Below are positions 47,769-53,739 of a DNA stretch of 64,000 nucleotides, piece after piece (the first letter of the stretch is position 1; every line of letters starts with the position of its first letter). The stretch is from an uncultured Nitrosopumilales archaeon (GTDB lineage Archaea > Thermoproteota > Nitrososphaeria > Nitrososphaerales > Gagatemarchaeaceae). The DNA is taken from NCBI GenBank assembly GCA_964476175.1, contig CAYYYU010000059.1, positions 1,088-65,087 on the forward strand, written 5' to 3'. The notes below the pieces were generated by a model that had not been told where the DNA came from, did not search any database, and saw nothing but the letters and a program-made list of their open reading frames with translations. The position numbers and the translations under genes were made by a program.

Positions 47769-47875
47769 GGGCCGGTCGTCTAGCTTGGTTAGGACGTCAG
47801 GAAACCCCGTCAAGCCCTTACACGGCGAAACGCGCATGCGCGCAATGGCCAGGGGTCCGATTCCCCTCCGGCCCA
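47769..47875 (+). tRNA. tRNA-Val (UAC) with two putative introns
   Basis: Hand fold. GGGCCGG/CCGGCCC-A. D arm GTCT..GGAC. TC|[47799-47813]|GCC-CTTACAC-GGCGA gives stem TCGCC/GGCGA (anticodon 47819-47821). About 17 extra nt containing the palindrome GCGCATGCGC in the variable region. T arm AGGGG-TCCGATT-CCCCT, with an unusual C at position 55. Confidence 0.6.
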
Positions 47876-47974
47876 TCTACAATCCGATTCTCACAATACT
47901 TTCAGCTATCCGTCCTCGCGCAGACCAGATTTTGCTAAATTGATTATAGTCGATTCATTATTGCCAGACGTGCC

Positions 47975-48856
47975 ATGCGAAAATCATGGAGTCAGCCCAT
48001 TCTTCTCGACGGTGCTGATCCACAGTGGCCTGTGGGCCGTCTGCGTGCGTTGAGTTATCTTGTCGGGGTGCTCCTGAAAGGAGACGCTTCAACTTACACG
48101 ACTACAGCGAAGGCGCTTTGTTCAGGTCGCTGGAAGAAGTATGTTGGCTACAGACTCGAACTTAAGTGCAATTCAAGGGCCTTCATGCAGGCATTCAATT
48201 CTGCCAGCTCAAGTGTGTTAGATCGGGAGGAGGTCAGGATACATGGCCCTTATGATGATGGGCATTTCATTCTACAGTACTATGCCAAAGACTTCGTGAG
48301 TTGGTGGCGGATTCAGACTCTGGGAGACCTAAAAGAACTCATCAACGCATTTCCGATTGACTACCTAAGAGGAAGATTTGACAGTGACGGTAACGTGAAT
48401 AGATACGAGGTCGTTCTCTGCGGGGCAGAGAGTCATCGTGAATTGATGGAATTCGAAAGGTCGGTATGCATCAGGTTGGGAATGAGAACGGGCAAACTGA
48501 GATACTACGGCAAACCTGGCCAGAGATCAACCATCGGAAAGAGGGAGATTGTAACAACTCAGCGGAAATTGCGTTTCTCGGTAAACTCATCAGATTTCCT
48601 TCATACCATCCGTTGGCTCAACGTCGAACTGAGAAACCAAAGACTTCGGACCAACATCAGAAGAAGAGCTTGGACTGCGAGGAATGCAGACGCCAGAAGA
48701 CGCGCGATCGAACTCAGAACGAAATTCGGTTGGGGGTACAGTCGAATAGCTGAAGTTCTTAGTGAAGAGACTCAAAGTCACCTTTCTCCCTCGACGATAT
48801 TCGGATGGACTTCTGGGAAGCACGTCAGCTGGTGTGAGTACGACGCAAGGCGTTGA
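47975..48856 (+). CDS. Free-standing double-motif LAGLIDADG endonuclease with C-terminal HTH
   Basis: 293 aa. 'LSYLVGVLLKGDAS' and 'YLRGRFDSDGNV'. Lower G+C. 100 nt downstream of tRNA-Val. Confidence 0.8.
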   Translation: MRKSWSQPILLDGADPQWPVGRLRALSYLVGVLLKGDASTYTTTAKALCSGRWKKYVGYRLELKCNSRAFMQAFNSASSSVLDREEVRIHGPYDDGHFILQYYAKDFVSWWRIQTLGDLKELINAFPIDYLRGRFDSDGNVNRYEVVLCGAESHRELMEFERSVCIRLGMRTGKLRYYGKPGQRSTIGKREIVTTQRKLRFSVNSSDFLHTIRWLNVELRNQRLRTNIRRRAWTARNADARRRAIELRTKFGWGYSRIAEVLSEETQSHLSPSTIFGWTSGKHVSWCEYDARR

Positions 48857-48878
48857 ATCTCTACCCATCTCGCTATGA

Positions 48879-48903
48879 TGTATCGAATCCCCTCGCCCCT
48901 ACT
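48879..48903 (+). other. Degenerate tRNA-Val T-arm/acceptor-like remnant
   Basis: TGTATCGAATCCCCTCGCCCCTAC versus tRNA GGTCCGATTCCCCTCCGGCCCATCTAC. In addition, CCCATCT occurs at both 47872-47878 and 48864-48870. Confidence 0.3.
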
Positions 48904-48964
48904 CTTCACACTTACCTGCAAAACCAGTCTCGAAGAGTTATTTACGATACCGGTCTGACGCGAT

Positions 48965-49462
48965 TTGTTGACCGAGTTCCGGTACGTCAGCTGGTCGGAG
49001 TACGGCAACCTCGCCGACGCCCTAGCCGAGAAGATCCGTTCAACCGGCAAGTCCTTCGACCTCGTAATCGGAATCGCCCGCGGCGGAATCCCTGTTGCGA
49101 TGGTCGTCTCTGACCACCTCGACGTCACGATTGATTTCATCAACGTGAAGTCCTACAGCGGAATCGCGGAAAGGGGTTCCCCGAGAATCCTCTCGACACT
49201 CACGAACACTGTGAAGGACAAGAGCGTCCTTCTCGTGGACGACTTGGTCGATCAGGGGGACACAATGACAATGTTGAAGCGCTACCTCAGTGAGCAGGGC
49301 CCGAAGCTCCTCGAGACTGCAGTGCTCTTCAAGAAACCGTGGAGCAAGACGGAGCCCGACTACTACCTCGAGGTGGTGGACAAATGGATAGTCTTCCCCT
49401 TTGAGCTAGGCGAAGTGAACAGACTCAGGCAGGCCCGCGGGGAAACGCTACAGGGTCAGTAA
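48965..49462 (+). CDS. Purine phosphoribosyltransferase (hypoxanthine/guanine type)
   Basis: 165 aa. 'GIARGGIPVA' and PRPP motif 'VLLVDDLVDQGDT'. Confidence 0.8.
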   Translation: MLTEFRYVSWSEYGNLADALAEKIRSTGKSFDLVIGIARGGIPVAMVVSDHLDVTIDFINVKSYSGIAERGSPRILSTLTNTVKDKSVLLVDDLVDQGDTMTMLKRYLSEQGPKLLETAVLFKKPWSKTEPDYYLEVVDKWIVFPFELGEVNRLRQARGETLQGQ

Positions 49463-50707
49463 CAGGTACGCGTTTAATGCGATTATTACACCCGCGAAAA
49501 TCATCGCGATTATCGTCGTAGCCTTCTGGTTGACGAACTCCCCCATGTACTTCTTCTTGCTTGTGTAGTACAGCAGGGGCACCATGGGAAGCGGTATCAT
49601 TAGACTAAGAACGACCTGGCTGTAGACGAGCAGGGACAGAGGCTGGAGGCCGATTGAGATCGCTGTGAAGGTCGGGACGACGTTGATGAATCGTGTGACG
49701 AGTCTACGAACGTAGATGTTGACCTTCCTCCCAAGCAAACCCTCCATTATCGCCTGGCCCGCGAGGGTCCCTGTTGTCGATGAGGCGATACCAGAGGACA
49801 GCAGCGTGATTGCGAAGACGGTTGCTGCGAGAGCCCCGAAGAGAATGCTCATGACTCCCGCGGCATCGTTCACCGTGAGAGAATTGATGTCAACATTCGG
49901 AGGGCTGGCACAACCATACTGAGGGCAGAGAATCTTTGCCGCAACAACCAGGATGGCTACGTTTACCAAGGCCGCCACGGTGAGCGTCACCACGCATTCA
50001 ACGAGGTGCAGCTTCCTCAGACGCCTCTTCTCCTCGACAGTGTCGTTCTTCAGCTTGTTCCTGGCCAGCTCCGAGTGGACGAAGAGGGCGTGCGGCATCA
50101 CCGTCGCCCCTATGATTCCGACTACGAACGTAGCGTTGTTGGAACTCAAGGTAGGGAGGAAGGTATGGACAGTTATGTCTGCCAGGTTTGGGCCTGAGAC
50201 GAAAATCTCATAGAGGAACCCGATGCTGATTATGGAGACAAAGAGCATGAAGAGGTACTCTATTACCCGGAACCTTCTGGAGGCGAACGCCAGTATTATC
50301 AGGACATCGGCCGCTCCGAAGATCGCTGCGTATTGTAATGGAATGTGAAAGAGGATGTTCAGGGCGAGAACAGTCCCGAGGTATTCAGCAAGGTCTGTCG
50401 CCACAGCTGCAGATTCCGCCGCCAGCCAATAGGTGAATGTGTAGTACCGCGAATTCAGCGAAGTACGGATCATTTCAGGAAGGCTTCTGCCAGTTGTAAT
50501 CCCAAGCTTACCAGACAAGTATTGCAGCATCATGGCCATGAAGCTCGCCAGCCAGACCGACCACACCAGTCCGTTGTTGAAGAGTGCCCCCGCCTGGATG
50601 GCCGTTCCGTAGTTCCCAGGGTCCATGTATGCCATGCTGACGATGAGAGCAGGGCCAAGATATGCGAAGAACTCCCTCAAGGAGCCGGTGAAACGGTATG
50701 TCTGCAC
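49448..50707 (-). CDS. mntH: Nramp-family divalent metal (Mn/Fe) transporter
   Basis: 419 aa. 'AYMDPGNYGT' and about 11 TM segments. Confidence 0.9.
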   Translation of the reverse strand: MQTYRFTGSLREFFAYLGPALIVSMAYMDPGNYGTAIQAGALFNNGLVWSVWLASFMAMMLQYLSGKLGITTGRSLPEMIRTSLNSRYYTFTYWLAAESAAVATDLAEYLGTVLALNILFHIPLQYAAIFGAADVLIILAFASRRFRVIEYLFMLFVSIISIGFLYEIFVSGPNLADITVHTFLPTLSSNNATFVVGIIGATVMPHALFVHSELARNKLKNDTVEEKRRLRKLHLVECVVTLTVAALVNVAILVVAAKILCPQYGCASPPNVDINSLTVNDAAGVMSILFGALAATVFAITLLSSGIASSTTGTLAGQAIMEGLLGRKVNIYVRRLVTRFINVVPTFTAISIGLQPLSLLVYSQVVLSLMIPLPMVPLLYYTSKKKYMGEFVNQKATTIIAMIFAGVIIALNAYLLLTL

Positions 50708-50723
50708 TCTCAGGGCACCAAAG

Positions 50724-50737
50724 TTAGAGGCATCTAA
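50724..50737. promoter_or_regulatory. Palindromic operator 1 (TTAGA-N4-TCTAA)
   Basis: TTAGAGGCATCTAA in the mntH/regulator intergenic region. Confidence 0.55.
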
Positions 50738-50742
50738 AATCC

Positions 50743-50756
50743 TTAGATACGTCTAA
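50743..50756. promoter_or_regulatory. Palindromic operator 2 (TTAGA-N4-TCTAA), abutting a TTTATAA TATA box
   Basis: TTAGATACGTCTAA, followed immediately by TTTATAA (50758-50764) about 30 nt before the regulator start. Confidence 0.55.
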
Positions 50757-50793
50757 TTTATAACCTTTTGAGGAGACAGTCGGACAACGGGGC

Positions 50794-51231
50794 ATGGTCA
50801 CGGGTAAGCGTCGTCCAGAACAGACGCCCAGGTCGGAGGACTACTTGGAGGCAGTGTATCACCTGATTCAGGACAAGGGCTACGCCACTACTTCAGACAT
50901 CTCTGTAGCCCTTGACGTCACGCCACCGACGGTCTCGAACATGATCGGCAAGCTCGCCAGCAGGGGGTACCTGGAGCACCAGCCATACCGCGGCATGAAA
51001 TTGACTCAAGACGGGGAGCGCATGGCGAAATCGGTCATCGAGAGGCACCAGGTCATCGCGGAGTTCCTGTCGATGCTCGGGGTCGACGACCAGACTGGCT
51101 TTGAGGATACCGAGGGGATTGAGCATCACGTGCAGCCCACGACTCTGCGCAGGCTGGAGAGGCTCGCAGAGTACCTGCGGAAGAACCCGGCCGCCCTCAA
51201 AGCGATGAGAAAGTACATCGATTCCGGCTAG
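50794..51231 (+). CDS. DtxR/MntR-family metal-dependent transcriptional regulator
   Basis: 145 aa. 'SEDYLEAVYHL', an 'ATTSDISVALDVTPPTVSNMIGKL' HTH, and a metal-site region 'ERHQVIAEFL'. Confidence 0.9.
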   Translation: MVTGKRRPEQTPRSEDYLEAVYHLIQDKGYATTSDISVALDVTPPTVSNMIGKLASRGYLEHQPYRGMKLTQDGERMAKSVIERHQVIAEFLSMLGVDDQTGFEDTEGIEHHVQPTTLRRLERLAEYLRKNPAALKAMRKYIDSG

Positions 51232-51266
51232 TTCCTCGGCGACCCGCACTTCGCTCTTGCTGCCAA

Positions 51267-51863
51267 TCACTCGCAGAGAGCCGAGATTATCCTGTGGGTC
51301 AGCCCCCATACTAGGTAGTCCCCCACCTGAAGGGCAGGTACTTCTCTCTCCCCGCCCGGGACACCAAGCCTGTATGAGGTGCTAGCTTCTGGCGACATGA
51401 ACCGGTTGAACCCGACCCACCTGAAGGACGAAACTTCCTCGTTGGGTTTCACCTCGACCCTTCTCTTCAGCAGGAAGACAGAGGGCACGACGTCCAACGT
51501 TCCCGTATGTGCCCTGAATATCCCGTAGTATCCGAGGAACTCCGAAGACGATCGCAGGTCTACCCCCACCTCCTCGAGTGTCTCTCTAATCGCAGTGTCC
51601 TTCGAGCTCTGGTCCCCTTCCTGCGACTTCCCGCCGGGGAAGGCCACCTGCCCCGACCACGGGTCTCCAGTGCGGTACGCCCTCTTGATTAGAAGTGTCT
51701 CTGGGGAGATCCGACTCGTGAGTATCACCGACACAGAGGCTCGCCTCACGCCGCTGACCCGCGGTTCATTCGCATCCAACTTCCTTACCAAAGTCTCGAA
51801 GATTTCATCGCGCATGCGGAGAACTCCAAATTCGCCTGGCAATCTTAAATACACATCGCACAT
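51267..51863 (-). CDS. Nudix hydrolase (CoA pyrophosphatase-like)
   Basis: Nudix box 'GGKSQEGDQSSKDTAIRETLEEVG' preceded by 'LLIKRA...G.VAFPGG'. Confidence 0.8.
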   Translation of the reverse strand: MCDVYLRLPGEFGVLRMRDEIFETLVRKLDANEPRVSGVRRASVSVILTSRISPETLLIKRAYRTGDPWSGQVAFPGGKSQEGDQSSKDTAIRETLEEVGVDLRSSSEFLGYYGIFRAHTGTLDVVPSVFLLKRRVEVKPNEEVSSFRWVGFNRFMSPEASTSYRLGVPGGEREVPALQVGDYLVWGLTHRIISALCE

Positions 51864-51875
51864 CGCGACAGAAGA

Positions 51876-52253
51876 GTGGTCTATGCGATGTCGAACGAAT
51901 CACAACGCCATGGTTCAACTGTAAGGTTAACCGAGGGGAACTTCGACGAGCTAAGTTCCGGAAAGAAGGTCTTGTTCGTGGATTTCTGGGCCACATGGTG
52001 CGGCCCCTGCAGAATCATGGACCCAATAGTGGAGAAGCTCGCGGCAAAGTACTCGGACAGGGTCGTCTTCGGCAAGGTCAACGTGGACGAGGAGATGAAC
52101 ATCTCCTCGCGCTATCAGGTCTTCTCCATTCCCACATTCATGGTGTTCAAGGGAGGAAAACCGATGGACGCAGTGATAGGGGCCGTCGGTGAAGCCTCCC
52201 TCGAGCAGCTCGTAAGGAAGGCAATCGACGGGCACTCCCCGGGCGTCCAGTAG
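51876..52253 (+). CDS. trx: Thioredoxin
   Basis: 125 aa with 'WATWCGPC'. Confidence 0.9.
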   Translation: MVYAMSNESQRHGSTVRLTEGNFDELSSGKKVLFVDFWATWCGPCRIMDPIVEKLAAKYSDRVVFGKVNVDEEMNISSRYQVFSIPTFMVFKGGKPMDAVIGAVGEASLEQLVRKAIDGHSPGVQ

Positions 52254-52259
52254 CGGCCT

Positions 52260-53018
52260 TCAGCTGACCCTGGTTCCGTCGAGCAGGAATATGTCGGCGT
52301 CCTCGAGGCTCAGCGACCTCGAAGACAGCACCGGCCCGAACTGAAACGACCTGCTTCTGTTTATCGGCTGGCCTCCGACCAGCCGGTTGAACGGGGGCAT
52401 CACTGTGAGCTTTCCCACCCCCGTGGCCCCTGCCTCATATCCGGCGCCCTTCATCAGTTCCACGACGTCGTACTTCGCGAAGACCCATACCGATTCCCTG
52501 CTCCTCGTGCCCAGGTTGTCTCTCATTTCATACGTGAAGTGGGAGTGGCCGATCACCAGGTTCCTTGACGCTATCGCCTCCATCGACGGCCAGGCATGCC
52601 CGTGGGCAACGCCGATCCTCCCCCTTCCTTCGCCGAGGACCGCGCCGTGCGACGGGTACAACCTCACCCGCTGGGGGAGCACTGTCTTGATGCTGCCGTC
52701 GTGGTTCCCCGGGACGACCTCCACAGACCCGAAGATGTCCAGCATCGTATCGAAGAACCAGGGGACCGCCCCCCAGTCGACGTCCTCGACCTTCCCGACC
52801 GAATGCTTGACGTCCCCGAGGACCACGAGCTTGTCCGGGCCGTACTTCTCGGCGAGGTCCCTTACCCGCCCGACCATCCTTACGGTGTGAGAGGGAATCC
52901 TGAAGCCCTTCCGAGCCATCTCCTTCTCCAGACCCAGATGCAGGTCAGAGATGAGGAGGGTCTTCTCCCCAGAGTTCTCGAAAATGATTGCGGCCTCCCC
53001 CGGGACTATCTTGAGCAA
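52260..53018 (-). CDS. Calcineurin-like metallophosphoesterase (MPE)
   Basis: 252 aa. 'ISDLHLG', 'LGDVKH', 'GNHD', 'GHAW' and 'GHSH'. Last gene of the Lhr operon. Confidence 0.85.
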   Translation of the reverse strand: MLKIVPGEAAIIFENSGEKTLLISDLHLGLEKEMARKGFRIPSHTVRMVGRVRDLAEKYGPDKLVVLGDVKHSVGKVEDVDWGAVPWFFDTMLDIFGSVEVVPGNHDGSIKTVLPQRVRLYPSHGAVLGEGRGRIGVAHGHAWPSMEAIASRNLVIGHSHFTYEMRDNLGTRSRESVWVFAKYDVVELMKGAGYEAGATGVGKLTVMPPFNRLVGGQPINRSRSFQFGPVLSSRSLSLEDADIFLLDGTRVS

Positions 53019-53019
53019 G

Positions 53020-53703
53020 CTAACCTATCAGCGGGAGGATCTCCCCCTTGATGAAGGAGCTGAACTCGTTCATGTCCATCTTGCTGAACCCGGTTACTAC
53101 CGAGTTCCTCGTTACTCCAAGGACATAGCCTGTCTTCCTGCTCTTGATCACTATGTACCACAACTTCCCATGAGTCAGGTAGTCGTTGTAGAGGCTCGTG
53201 TTGCCGAGCTCGGCCCCGTAAAGCGAAAGTTTCGAGATGTTGGGGAGGTCCACCTGGTCGTAGAAGATGACCTTCGTGTCGTCAAAGTTCTCCTCATGGA
53301 ACTTCTTCATGGTCTCCGGGTCGATCCTGGCTTCGACCACCTGTCCGAGGCTCAGGAAGACTGCCTTGCTGATTTCGTTGGCTATGTTGTTGGCCCTGTT
53401 CTTCTTGTCGTACACAGTCAGGAAGATTCTATCCCTGAAGAGGTCGAACGAGAAAGGAGCCTCAAACGTCCTCGCTACTGAGACGGCCTTCCCCCTGTGC
53501 GGGACCACGAAGACTGTATCTGACGAGAATGTCCCTTCAAGGGTCCCCTTTCCAGCTCTCAGGTCGGTGATCTCTGAGACGAGCTTGAAATCCTGCCCCT
53601 CGACGCTGGTTTCAGTCTCGATCTTGAAGACCTTCAGCTTCTCCGCCAGGACGTCCATGTCGTAGTTTTCCCTGACCAGGAAGACCTTGCCGGCGAGGAC
53701 CAA
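53020..53703 (-). CDS. Uncharacterised 227-aa protein between Lhr and MPE
   Basis: Clean ORF with a 1-nt gap to the MPE and a 36-nt gap to Lhr. No motif recognised. Confidence 0.6.
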   Translation of the reverse strand: MVLAGKVFLVRENYDMDVLAEKLKVFKIETETSVEGQDFKLVSEITDLRAGKGTLEGTFSSDTVFVVPHRGKAVSVARTFEAPFSFDLFRDRIFLTVYDKKNRANNIANEISKAVFLSLGQVVEARIDPETMKKFHEENFDDTKVIFYDQVDLPNISKLSLYGAELGNTSLYNDYLTHGKLWYIVIKSRKTGYVLGVTRNSVVTGFSKMDMNEFSSFIKGEILPLIG

Positions 53704-53739
53704 ACTGGGCTGCCCCCGTCCTTCCTCGTTTATGGACTT

